A DNA stretch of 49,599 bases from a bacterium (lineage in GTDB: Bacteria; Patescibacteriota; Microgenomatia; Levybacterales; UBA12049), in contig JAKALS010000005.1 in NCBI GenBank assembly GCA_021813145.1, positions 74,022-123,620 on the forward strand, given 5' to 3'. A program made the position numbers and the translations under genes. Shown here piece after piece: positions 7,719-17,119 of the stretch (the stretch's first letter is position 1; each line of letters begins with the position of its first letter). The notes beneath the pieces were generated by a model. The model was not told where the DNA came from, ran no database searches, and worked only from the letters and a program-made list of their open reading frames with translations.

Positions 7719-10094
7719 ATGGAAAAGTACGCCAAAATTTATAATTTTTACGAGAACCTTTTTGCAAGAGTTTTAAGATATTTAATAATAATTCTCTTAT
7801 CTGTTTTTGTAAGTTTTTCGTTTATTAACCATACTTTCCCCAAATTAGAACTTTTCCTCCTTTCCGTTTTTATAATGTTTGAAATTTTTCTGGAGCTTAA
7901 GATTGCAAGGATAAATCCGAAAATAAATGTGTTTTCGGCAAAAAAACCCCTGGATTCCTTTACCCTTGCGGCAATGGCTTCCTTTGGAAAAAGCAGTTCC
8001 AAAGCAATCGTAAAAGGACTACTTAAAAAGCAGCAGATTTTATTTATGTTGAAAAAAGCCGACATAAAAGAGAAAGAAATGGAGTTTATAGATATAGATA
8101 AAAAGGAACTTTCCGAGTATTCTCTGGAATTGGCAAAAACGCTTAAAGGTGAATACGTCACCACGATGGATATTTTTGCAGCTTATATAATACTTTCTGA
8201 GGATAAGACAAAGCTTCTTTTCAACAAAAACCTCAAAAAAGACGAGTTCCTGCACATTCTTTATTGGGCAAGGACGGGTTTTGCTTACGAGGAAATAAAA
8301 AAACCCATAAGGGCAAACTTTTCGGGGCAGGGAATAGCGGAAGACTGGGTTTTCGGATGGACTATAGAAACGAAAAAATACATGAACGACATAACTGCGC
8401 AGGCGCTTTCAAAAAAACCGATGTTTTTGGGACGGGGCGAAGAATTGGCGCAAACGCTTGAAGCTTTATATAAGGGAGACGGGGTAATTTTAGTCGGAGA
8501 GCCCGGATGCGGAAAGGAATCGATAGTGGAGACCATTGCATATCAGAGTTTTGACGGAACACTCGCAGGTAATCTTTATCACCAGAGATTTTTTCAGCTT
8601 ATGGTAGATTCTTTTCTGGCAGGAGCGCAAAATCAGGGAGAATTTGAAGAAAGGCTTGATGCGGTAATAGCCGAAATCGCACACGCGGGAGACGTAATAG
8701 TATATGTCCCGGATTTCGAGGCGATTCTGGGCGGTTCCACTTTCGGAATAGATTTATCGGGCGCAATAATTCCGTATGTCCAAAAAGGAGTACTCAGAAT
8801 GATAGGAAGCGTAACCCCGCAGGTATACAAAAAATTTGTGGAGCCCAGAACCACTCTTTTGGACGTTTTTAAGGGAATAAAGTTCGACGAGCCTTCAAAA
8901 GACGTCGCGCTTTTAATGCTCTTTAAAAAGGCGTTTGAAATAGAGCAAAAATATAAACTGGCCCTCACCTACAGAGCCGTTATAGCAGCTTACGATTATT
9001 CTTCGAAGTACAGCAAGGAAAAAGTTCTTCCGGGAAGCGCTGTCGACCTTTTGGACGACACTTCAAATTCGGTAAGGCTTAGCGGAGGAAAAACGGTAGA
9101 AGAACAGGATGTTGTCCTTGAAGTGGAGCGAAAAACGAAAATTCCCGTAGGCGCCCCGAAAAAAGAGGAAAAAGAACTGCTTTTAAATCTTGAGCAAGAG
9201 CTGCACGAAAGAATAATAGGCCAAGACGAGGCTGTTTCTTCGGTTTCGGAGAGCATGAGAAGGCTAAGAACGGGGCTTTCAGAGAGTAAAAAACCCGTTT
9301 CCTTCCTGTTTTTGGGGCCGACGGGGGTCGGTAAAACAGAAACCGCAAAAGCCCTTTCCTTTATTTATTTTAAGTCGGAAGAGGCGATGCTAAGATTCGA
9401 CATGAGCGAATACAAAGGGGAGGAAGGCATAAAAAGGCTTTTGGGTTCGGCTCCCGGAGAAGGCGACGAAAGGGGAGAAATAGAAAAAGTTTACGACAAT
9501 CCTTTTTCGCTTATCCTTTTGGACGAATTCGAAAAAGCGGACCCAAAGATTTTGGATTTATTCCTCCAGGTGCTTGACGACGGCAGGCTTACCGATAACA
9601 AAGGTAAAACTATCTCTTTTTCAAGCGCAATAATTATTGCAACTTCCAATGCGGGATCAGAGTTTATAAGGGAAGAAGTCCAAAAAGGAACGGTGATCGA
9701 TAAAAAATTCAAAACTTCTCTTTTGGATTATTTGCAAAAACAGGGCTTATTCAAACCGGAACTTTTAAACAGGTTTGATGACATAATAACGTTTAAACCT
9801 TTGGATAGAGACGAGGTTTTGGAAATTTCAAAACTCATGCTTTCAAAAGTCGTAAAGACAATGGAGGAAAAAGATATAGACGTCGATTTTGATAATAAGA
9901 TAATGGAAAAAATAGCAAACGAAGGATTCGACAAGGAATTCGGGGCAAGGCCTTTAAGAAGATACATTCAGGATAACATCGAAGATTTAATGGCGCAAAA
10001 AATTTTAAAGGACGAAATAAAAAGAGGAGATAAAATTACTGTTACAACGGACTCTTCAAATAATCTTTTAATCGAATCCCAAAATTCTTCTTAG
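7719..10094 (+). CDS. Membrane-anchored Clp/Hsp100 ATPase with degenerate NBD1
   Basis: Two N-terminal TMs; NBD1 GEPGCGKES / VIVYVPDFE; intact NBD2 GPTGVGKT / LLDEFEKA; GARPLRR. Confidence 0.85.
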   Translation: MEKYAKIYNFYENLFARVLRYLIIILLSVFVSFSFINHTFPKLELFLLSVFIMFEIFLELKIARINPKINVFSAKKPLDSFTLAAMASFGKSSSKAIVKGLLKKQQILFMLKKADIKEKEMEFIDIDKKELSEYSLELAKTLKGEYVTTMDIFAAYIILSEDKTKLLFNKNLKKDEFLHILYWARTGFAYEEIKKPIRANFSGQGIAEDWVFGWTIETKKYMNDITAQALSKKPMFLGRGEELAQTLEALYKGDGVILVGEPGCGKESIVETIAYQSFDGTLAGNLYHQRFFQLMVDSFLAGAQNQGEFEERLDAVIAEIAHAGDVIVYVPDFEAILGGSTFGIDLSGAIIPYVQKGVLRMIGSVTPQVYKKFVEPRTTLLDVFKGIKFDEPSKDVALLMLFKKAFEIEQKYKLALTYRAVIAAYDYSSKYSKEKVLPGSAVDLLDDTSNSVRLSGGKTVEEQDVVLEVERKTKIPVGAPKKEEKELLLNLEQELHERIIGQDEAVSSVSESMRRLRTGLSESKKPVSFLFLGPTGVGKTETAKALSFIYFKSEEAMLRFDMSEYKGEEGIKRLLGSAPGEGDERGEIEKVYDNPFSLILLDEFEKADPKILDLFLQVLDDGRLTDNKGKTISFSSAIIIATSNAGSEFIREEVQKGTVIDKKFKTSLLDYLQKQGLFKPELLNRFDDIITFKPLDRDEVLEISKLMLSKVVKTMEEKDIDVDFDNKIMEKIANEGFDKEFGARPLRRYIQDNIEDLMAQKILKDEIKRGDKITVTTDSSNNLLIESQNSS

Positions 10095-10616
10095 TTTCGG
10101 GTCATTTAGTATCCTTTCAAAGGCTTCTTCATGCACTTCGACAGGATTTGACCTGTCGACCTGTCTTTCTCGTGCCGGTTTTCTTGCGGTCTGTGAAAGT
10201 TCCTGATTTACCCGCTCGTTTGCGGTAGCGCTTCTTCGGGTGTTGGTATATTCTCTTTGGGGCTTATGGCCGTCTTCCTGCCTCCAGAGCATCCAGCTTT
10301 CGTGTACGGCTCCAAAAACAGTCTCAAGTTTTTCAAAAAACCTTGTTCCTTCCCGTACGTCCTCGGAGGGTCCTTTTTGCGATGCCCATTTGGCTCGTGC
10401 CGCAAGAGCCACATAATTTTTAGTATCGCTTCTGTCTAAAAGTGAGGTTAATTTTGCCCTTAAGGGAGTTCCCGTTCTGGCGTCAAGGGTAATAACTATT
10501 CCGTAATTTCCGTATGTTCCGTCAAATTCGGTTCTGATTTTTGCTTCCAACCCCTTTGTAAAATCGGGCATTCTGTCGAATAACGGAACTTGGTTGCCGT
10601 TGAGCCTTTCTGACAT
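10068..10616 (-). CDS. Hypothetical protein
   Basis: 182 aa ORF filling the gap; TTGAAA-17-TATAAT promoter 7 nt before the ATG. Confidence 0.7.
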   Translation of the reverse strand: MSERLNGNQVPLFDRMPDFTKGLEAKIRTEFDGTYGNYGIVITLDARTGTPLRAKLTSLLDRSDTKNYVALAARAKWASQKGPSEDVREGTRFFEKLETVFGAVHESWMLWRQEDGHKPQREYTNTRRSATANERVNQELSQTARKPARERQVDRSNPVEVHEEAFERILNDPKLRRILGFD

Positions 10617-10695
10617 TTAGGGAATTATAACTTTTATAAATTAAAATTTCAAACCGTTGAGCTTTGAATTCAAATCTGGTATACTTAGACGCATT

Positions 10696-11877
10696 ATGCC
10701 GGCAATACAAAGAAGTGAATTTGCGCTAGCGCTAAACCAGGTCTCTATGGAGAGAGGCATCGACCCGAACGTGGTTTTGGAAACGGTACAGAATGCAATT
10801 CTGGCAGCTTATCGAAAAGACCACCCCGGGATAGAAGTAGAAGAATACAGGGCCGAACTTGATCCCAATTCGGGAGAAGCAAAAATTTTCCATGAAGACG
10901 AGGATGTTACGCCTCCGGGATTTGGCAGAATAGCGGCACAAACGGCAAAACAGGTAATTCTCCAAAAAATCAGGGAAAAAGAAAAAGAAGCAATAATTAC
11001 GGATTACAAGCTTAAAATCGGTACCATCGTAAACGGAATGGTTTTAAGATTTGCGGGCCCCAATATTATTGTTGATGTGGGAAAAACAGAAGCAATTATG
11101 CCTCCGTCCGAGCAAATCCCAAATGAAAAATACCATTTAAATCAAAGACTCGTGGTGTACCTTTCGCAAATACAGGAAGGGCCGAAGGGGGAAGAGGTAA
11201 TAGTTTCAAGGACGGATAACGGACTTCTGGAAGGCCTTTTCAGAAGAGAGGTCCCGGAAGTTGCCCAAGGTTCCGTAGAAATAAAACAGATTGTAAGGGA
11301 GCCCGGAAACCGAAGCAAAGTTGCGGTTTATTCAACGCAGTCGGGAATTGACCCCGTCGGAAGTTGCGTCGGTCAGAAAGGAGTAAGGGTTCAGGCAATA
11401 ATTCAGGAATTCAACGGAATTGAAAAAATAGATATCATTCAATGGCAGGAAGATGCAAAAAGCTACATCGCCCAGTCTCTTTCTCCGGCAAAAGACATAA
11501 AAGTTGATATAGACGAAAAAGAGAAAACCGCAAAAGTAACTGTTCCCGAAGAGGAACTTTCCCTGGCCATCGGAAAAGACGGACAAAACGTAAGACTTGC
11601 CTCAAAACTGACTGGATACAGAATAGAAATAGAAGGTAAACCCGCAGAAAAAACGGAAACTCCTGAATCCGAAAAAGCCAAAGACGCAAAAGAGATCAAA
11701 GAAGCGGCCCAAACCGTAAGTGAGGAGGCAAATCCTCCTGCGGCAAAAGAGGAAGCTGAAACAGTAAAATCCGGCGAAGAACCCGGAGAGGCTTCTGCTC
11801 CTTTGGAAGCGGCAGGGACTTTGGATAAAGAGGCGGCAAAATCCGAAGAAGCCGAACAGACAAGTAATAAAAGCTGA
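10696..11877 (+). CDS. nusA: Transcription termination/antitermination factor NusA
   Basis: FGRIAAQTAKQVI, S1 and KH motifs (REPGNRSKVAV, CVGQKGVRVQ, LAIGKDGQNVRLA). ATG 10696 preferred over TTG 10657. Confidence 0.97.
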   Translation: MPAIQRSEFALALNQVSMERGIDPNVVLETVQNAILAAYRKDHPGIEVEEYRAELDPNSGEAKIFHEDEDVTPPGFGRIAAQTAKQVILQKIREKEKEAIITDYKLKIGTIVNGMVLRFAGPNIIVDVGKTEAIMPPSEQIPNEKYHLNQRLVVYLSQIQEGPKGEEVIVSRTDNGLLEGLFRREVPEVAQGSVEIKQIVREPGNRSKVAVYSTQSGIDPVGSCVGQKGVRVQAIIQEFNGIEKIDIIQWQEDAKSYIAQSLSPAKDIKVDIDEKEKTAKVTVPEEELSLAIGKDGQNVRLASKLTGYRIEIEGKPAEKTETPESEKAKDAKEIKEAAQTVSEEANPPAAKEEAETVKSGEEPGEASAPLEAAGTLDKEAAKSEEAEQTSNKS

Positions 11878-11914
11878 ATATGAAATGTAGCTTGTCTTTA
11901 AACATTATAACTTT

Positions 11915-13411
11915 ATGGCTAAGAAATCTGAAGAAAAAACTGATGACAAGATTCTAGATTTTCCTCCCGTTGTAGCGGTTTTGGGACACGTTGACCACGG
12001 AAAAACAACTCTTCTCGATACTATCCGAAAAACAAATATAGCTTTGCGTGAGCACGGGGGAATCACCCAAAAAATCGGAGCTTCGGCTGTCGAGGTAGAG
12101 CACGAAGGAAAGAAAAGAAGAATAACTTTTATAGATACTCCCGGTCACGAAGCATTTTCTTTAATGAGGGGAAGAGGCGTACAAGCGGCAGATATAGGGA
12201 TTCTTGTAGTATCCTCCGTTGACGGTGTTATGCCCCAGACAAGAGAAAGCATTCAACTTTTAAAGGCTTCCAAAATTCCCTTTATTGTTGCCCTTACAAA
12301 ATCAGACGACCAGAATAAAAATCCCGAAAAAGCAAAACAACAGCTTTTAAAAGAAGAGGTTCTTCTGGAAAATTACGGAGGAGATATTCCCGTAATCGAG
12401 GTTTCCGCAAAAACGAACACGAATATACACGAACTTTTGGAGCTTATTCTCTTGGTTTTTGACGTAAAAAAAGATTCGGGTTTTTATAATTTTTCCTCCG
12501 CCAATCCTTTTTCCGCAATAGTAATAGAGTCTAAGCTCGATCCTAAATCCGGGCCGAGGGCTTCGATGATTATAAAAAACGGAGTCGTAAACCTTAAAGA
12601 TGAAATAGTTTGTGAAGATGTTTCGGGAAGAGTAAGGACAATAATAAACGATTTGGGCCAAAGGCTCGAAAAAGCAACGGTTGGAGATGCGGTGGAAATC
12701 CTGGGATTTGAAAAAGTTCCCAAAGTCGGAGGAATCGTACAAAAAAGTTCCGAATTAAAAGTTCAAAATTTTGAAACAAAGACAACAGAACCTGAGCAAA
12801 TAAGTCAGGTGCCGGAGGGACAGTTTATAGGTTCAAATGCCGATGAGGACATGTTGACGGTTGTAATTTGCGCTGACACGCAGGGTTCTTTGGAGGCGAT
12901 ACAAAACCAGATGCCCGAAGGGATAAGAATAGTTCTCGCAAAAACGGGAGACGTCGAAAGTTCTGATGTGCTATTTGCAAAATCCGTAGGTGCAATAATT
13001 TTGGGTTTTAATGTAAAAATAAAACCCGAAGTATTAAAACTTGCCTCGACCGAAAAAGTTCTTGTCAAGAATTACACCATAATCTATGAGATGGTAGACG
13101 AAATAAGGGATTTCCTTGAAGGTAAAATAGCTTCCCTGCAGGAAGAGGTATACGGAACCGCAAAGATACTCGCGAGTTTCCCTTTTGAAAAAACAAAGGT
13201 AATGGGGATTTCTGTTACGGATGGAAGGATTGCAAGGGGAGACAGAATAAGGCTTATAAGAGGCGAAGAAACGCTGGGCGAAAGCACGGTTTCTTCAGTG
13301 AGACAGGGAAAAGAAACAGTCTCTAAGGTTGAAAAAGGCCAGGAGGCGGGTATTATAGTATCTCCGTTCCTTGACTTTACTATAGGAGATATGTTAATAT
13401 CCCATCGCTAA
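11915..13411 (+). CDS. infB: Translation initiation factor IF-2 (short form)
   Basis: GHVDHGKTT, GGITQKIGA, DTPGHEAF; follows nusA. Confidence 0.96.
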   Translation: MAKKSEEKTDDKILDFPPVVAVLGHVDHGKTTLLDTIRKTNIALREHGGITQKIGASAVEVEHEGKKRRITFIDTPGHEAFSLMRGRGVQAADIGILVVSSVDGVMPQTRESIQLLKASKIPFIVALTKSDDQNKNPEKAKQQLLKEEVLLENYGGDIPVIEVSAKTNTNIHELLELILLVFDVKKDSGFYNFSSANPFSAIVIESKLDPKSGPRASMIIKNGVVNLKDEIVCEDVSGRVRTIINDLGQRLEKATVGDAVEILGFEKVPKVGGIVQKSSELKVQNFETKTTEPEQISQVPEGQFIGSNADEDMLTVVICADTQGSLEAIQNQMPEGIRIVLAKTGDVESSDVLFAKSVGAIILGFNVKIKPEVLKLASTEKVLVKNYTIIYEMVDEIRDFLEGKIASLQEEVYGTAKILASFPFEKTKVMGISVTDGRIARGDRIRLIRGEETLGESTVSSVRQGKETVSKVEKGQEAGIIVSPFLDFTIGDMLISHR

Positions 13412-13419
13412 TAATTATT

Positions 13420-14358
13420 ATGGACAATTTAACCTTAAGACAAATAACGGAGGCCATAGAAAAGAATAAAACTATAGGTATTGTTACCGCAAAAAATCCT
13501 TCGGTTGACGATATGGCTGCTGCGCTTTCTTTATACCTTTCCCTGAAAAACGCCGGAAAAGACGTAACGATAGCAACACCCGAAAATCCTCTCGTTGAAG
13601 TATCATCTCTTGTCGGAATAGACAAGGTCCAGACATCCTTAAACAGTGCAGCGGGAGACCTGGTAGTTTCTTTCCCTTATGAAGAAGGCGAAATAGACAA
13701 AGTCTCTTATACGCTTGATAACGGATACTTGAATATTGTTGTAAAGGCAGGAGAAAAAGGTCTCTCTTTTAAAGATGAGGAAGTGCAGTTTACGAGAGGG
13801 GCAAAAGGAGTCCCAACGCTTCTGTTTACGGTGGGTGTCCAGAGACTGTCGGATGTTGCAAAACTTTTCGACGTCGCCGACTTAAAGGACACTATGGTAA
13901 TAAATATAGACAATGAAGCGGACAACCAGGGATTCGGAGATATCGTAATGGTTTATCCCATGCTTTCTTCGCTTTCGGAACAGATAACAAATCTTCTTTT
14001 GGCAGTCAATCTTAAAATAGACCCCGATACCGCACAAAATCTTATGTACGGAATTTCAGACGGTACAAATAATTTCCAGAATCCCAAGACAAGCGCCCTT
14101 GCATTCGAGATGGCCGGAATTCTTATGCGAAACGGTGCAATAAGAGTAAATACCAGCAGGAAAGAGGAAAAAAATGTAGATCCTTTCTTTAAGCCCCAAC
14201 AGCAAAGACAACAGCAGCAGTCTCAACAGCAAAGACAACAAGAGCTGCAGTCGGAGTTAAAAAAACAGGAAAATAGAGCGCAAAACAAAGACGATGACGA
14301 TAGTCCCCCTGACGATTGGCTTGCCCCCAAGATATATAAAGGGTCCACCAACTTTTAA
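13420..14358 (+). CDS. DHH/NrnA-like phosphoesterase homolog with degenerate catalytic motifs
   Basis: Pattern NPSVDDMAAALSLYLSL ... VINIDNEADNQGFG ... AQNLMYGISDGTNNFQ; Gln-rich tail ending DWLAPKIYKG. Confidence 0.7.
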   Translation: MDNLTLRQITEAIEKNKTIGIVTAKNPSVDDMAAALSLYLSLKNAGKDVTIATPENPLVEVSSLVGIDKVQTSLNSAAGDLVVSFPYEEGEIDKVSYTLDNGYLNIVVKAGEKGLSFKDEEVQFTRGAKGVPTLLFTVGVQRLSDVAKLFDVADLKDTMVINIDNEADNQGFGDIVMVYPMLSSLSEQITNLLLAVNLKIDPDTAQNLMYGISDGTNNFQNPKTSALAFEMAGILMRNGAIRVNTSRKEEKNVDPFFKPQQQRQQQQSQQQRQQELQSELKKQENRAQNKDDDDSPPDDWLAPKIYKGSTNF

Positions 14359-14384
14359 TGACCGTTGATAATGTTAAAAGAAAC

Positions 14385-14393
14385 TGGTATAAT
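14385..14393 (+). promoter_or_regulatory. Extended -10 promoter of rpsO-pnp
   Basis: TGG-TATAAT about 35 nt upstream of the rpsO ATG. Confidence 0.6.
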
Positions 14394-14427
14394 AGTCAGG
14401 TTAATTAAAAGCAAGAATTAGAAATTT

Positions 14428-14697
14428 ATGCCGCTTAGTACTTCGGAAAAACAAAATATAATTAAAGAATTTCAAACTGTCAAAGGTGATACGGGAAGTC
14501 CCGAGGTGCAAATTGCGCTTTTAACAACAAGGATTACCCGCTTGACGGAACATCTTAAAGAACATATTCACGACACCCACAGCCGAAGAGGACTGTTGTC
14601 TATGATAGCAAAAAGGAGAAGGCTTTTAAATTTTCTGGGAAAGGTGGATAAAAAAAGAGCCTCGGAAATATCCAAAAAAATTGGATTAAAGGACTAA
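14428..14697 (+). CDS. rpsO: 30S ribosomal protein S15
   Basis: DTGSPEVQIALLT, DTHSRRGLL. Confidence 0.98.
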   Translation: MPLSTSEKQNIIKEFQTVKGDTGSPEVQIALLTTRITRLTEHLKEHIHDTHSRRGLLSMIAKRRRLLNFLGKVDKKRASEISKKIGLKD

Positions 14698-14701
14698 GTT
14701 G

Positions 14702-17008
14702 ATGGAAAAAACCTCAGTAGAATTGGAATTAGCAGGGAAAAAATTAACCCTGGAAACAGGTGAATTGGCCGAACAAGCCACTGCATCTATTTTAGCAAGA
14801 CTCGGAGACACCGTAGTTCTTGTTACCGTGGTTGAGGGAGGGCCAACAGAGCTTGATTATTTCCCTCTTTCGGTAGATTATGTCGAAAGACTTTATGCCG
14901 GAGGAAAAATAAAAGGTTCAAGATGGGTAAAAAGAGAAGGAAGGCCTTCCGATGAAGCAATACTTGCCGGAAGACTTATAGACAGAAGCATAAGACCATT
15001 GTTTCCCAAAGCTTTTAAAAACGAAGTCCAGGTAATAGTAACGGTTCTTTCCGTAGACGGAGAAAACGAACCCGATATATTGGCAATAAATGCGGTTTCC
15101 GCAGCTTTGGCAATTTCAAGAATCCCATGGAACGGTCCTATCGGAGCGGTAAGAATGGGATATGTAAAAGAAAACGGAAACGCAGCGGAATATCTGGTAA
15201 ACCCCGGAGGACCGGAGGCGGAATTTTCTGAACTGGATATAGTCGTTTCCCAGTCGAAAGATAAAACGGTAATGATAGAAGCCGGAGCTTTGCAGGTTAA
15301 AGAAGAAGTACTTGCAGAGTCTATTAAAAGAGCCCATAAAGAAACCCAATCGATAATTTCCCTAATAGAAGACCTCGCTAAAAAAGTTGGACAGAAAAAA
15401 CTTGAAGTCCCCGAAGAACATCTTTTGCACGAAGTGGAAGCGTTAATTAATAAAACCTACAAGGAAGACGTAGACTCGCTCATAAAATCAAGAGTAAATA
15501 AAGAATCCGGCGGAGACGAAATGGACGTTTTGGTTTCCAAGATTTACGAGGAAGAAAAACTTAAAAACCCCGACAGCGTAATAGACAAAAAAGTCATAGT
15601 AAAGGCGATAGAGAAAGTAATGTACAAAATGATTCGCTCAAATGTTTTGGAGAAGAAAAAGAGGGCGGACGGAAGAAAAATGGACGAGATAAGGCCTATT
15701 CAGATGAGAGTCGGAATTTTACCAAGGACACACGGAAGCGCCCTGTTTCAAAGAGGAATAACACAGGCACTTTCCATCGTTACTTTGGGAAGCCCTAGGA
15801 TGGAACAGCTTATAGAATCCGCGGAAGGCGAAGAAACAAAAAGATATATTCATCATTACAGCGGGCTTCCATATTCTTTCGGCCAGACGGGAAGAGTCGG
15901 AACGCCTTCAAGAAGGGAAATAGGGCACGGGGCATTGGCGGAAAGAGCATTGGTTCCGGTAATTCCAAGTCAGGATGTTTTTCCTTATACGATAAGAGTT
16001 GTATCGGAAGTACTTTCCCAGAACGGTTCGAGTTCTATGGCCTCGACGTGCGGTTCGACTCTTGCCTTAATGGATGCGGGAGTTCCTATTAAAAAACCTG
16101 TTGCCGGGATTTCCATAGGAATGATGTCCGACGATGAGAAATATGAACTTTTAACGGACATAATAGGCCTTGAAGATTTTTCCGGGGACATGGACTTTAA
16201 GGTTGCGGGAACCGACGAGGGCATAACGGCAATCCAGCTCGACGTTAAAATTCCGGGACTTGAGGATGAACAGATAGAAAAAATTCTTGAAAGGGCAAAA
16301 GAAGCAAGGCTTCAAATTCTCGAGAAAATGCACCAGGTATTGCCCGAACCCCGAAAAAATCTTTCGCAGTATGCTCCGAAGATTGAAGTTATAAAAATCC
16401 CGGTTGAAAAGATCGGAGAACTTATAGGACCGGGCGGAAAAACCATTAAAAATATAATAGCAACAACGGGCGCGACGGTAGACGTAGAAGACGACGGAAC
16501 AGTTTCGGTTTCGGGAACAACCGACGAGTCTTTGCAGGCGGCAATGGACTGGGTTAAAGGTCTTACAAGAGAAGTAACGATTGGTGAAAGTTTTGAAGGC
16601 GAAGTAAAAAGAATTCTTCCTTTCGGTGCATTTGTAGAATTTTTGCCCGGGAAAGAAGGAATGGTCCATGTATCGAAGATGTCCACGGAATTTGTAAACA
16701 ATCCCAACGATGTAGTTTCCATTGGGCAAAAAGTAAAAGTAAGGGTTGTCGAAATAGACGACCAGGGCAGAATTAATCTTTCGATGCTTCCGGAAGGAGC
16801 ACAGTCCGAAGGCCGAAACAGGGGAGGTTCGAATGAGGGTGGAGAAAGAAGAAGCGGAGGTTTTCATGACCGAAGAGACACACGGGTAAGATCCGAGCAT
16901 CCGCTTTCCCAGCAGTTAAGAAGAGAAAGAGGTACAGTGGACTGGAGAAACAAAGGACAAAGACCATCCTACGGAAACAGAGACAGAGACAGGAAACCAC
17001 GATATTAA
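14702..17008 (+). CDS. pnp: Polyribonucleotide nucleotidyltransferase (PNPase)
   Basis: RLIDRSIRPLFP, RTHGSALFQRG, RREIGHGALAE, GDMDFKVAGT, KH and S1 domains. Confidence 0.98.
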   Translation: MEKTSVELELAGKKLTLETGELAEQATASILARLGDTVVLVTVVEGGPTELDYFPLSVDYVERLYAGGKIKGSRWVKREGRPSDEAILAGRLIDRSIRPLFPKAFKNEVQVIVTVLSVDGENEPDILAINAVSAALAISRIPWNGPIGAVRMGYVKENGNAAEYLVNPGGPEAEFSELDIVVSQSKDKTVMIEAGALQVKEEVLAESIKRAHKETQSIISLIEDLAKKVGQKKLEVPEEHLLHEVEALINKTYKEDVDSLIKSRVNKESGGDEMDVLVSKIYEEEKLKNPDSVIDKKVIVKAIEKVMYKMIRSNVLEKKKRADGRKMDEIRPIQMRVGILPRTHGSALFQRGITQALSIVTLGSPRMEQLIESAEGEETKRYIHHYSGLPYSFGQTGRVGTPSRREIGHGALAERALVPVIPSQDVFPYTIRVVSEVLSQNGSSSMASTCGSTLALMDAGVPIKKPVAGISIGMMSDDEKYELLTDIIGLEDFSGDMDFKVAGTDEGITAIQLDVKIPGLEDEQIEKILERAKEARLQILEKMHQVLPEPRKNLSQYAPKIEVIKIPVEKIGELIGPGGKTIKNIIATTGATVDVEDDGTVSVSGTTDESLQAAMDWVKGLTREVTIGESFEGEVKRILPFGAFVEFLPGKEGMVHVSKMSTEFVNNPNDVVSIGQKVKVRVVEIDDQGRINLSMLPEGAQSEGRNRGGSNEGGERRSGGFHDRRDTRVRSEHPLSQQLRRERGTVDWRNKGQRPSYGNRDRDRKPRY

Positions 17009-17119
17009 ATTTGAAATTTTCCACTTTCCATTCTTCATTTAATTCAAAAATTTAGAAATTGAAAATTGAACGGTGGATGATAAATGATAAATGGAAAATC
17101 TTTATGGTATTATTAAGAT

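Noticed and set aside
14197..14240. CAACAGCAAAGACAACA direct repeat
   Set aside because: Simply encodes the Gln-rich linker of the DHH-like protein.
16151..16900. 249-aa minus-strand ORF and similar antisense ORFs (3951-4592, 20897-21565, 23353-23847)
   Set aside because: They lie opposite well-supported genes and have no recognisable motifs.
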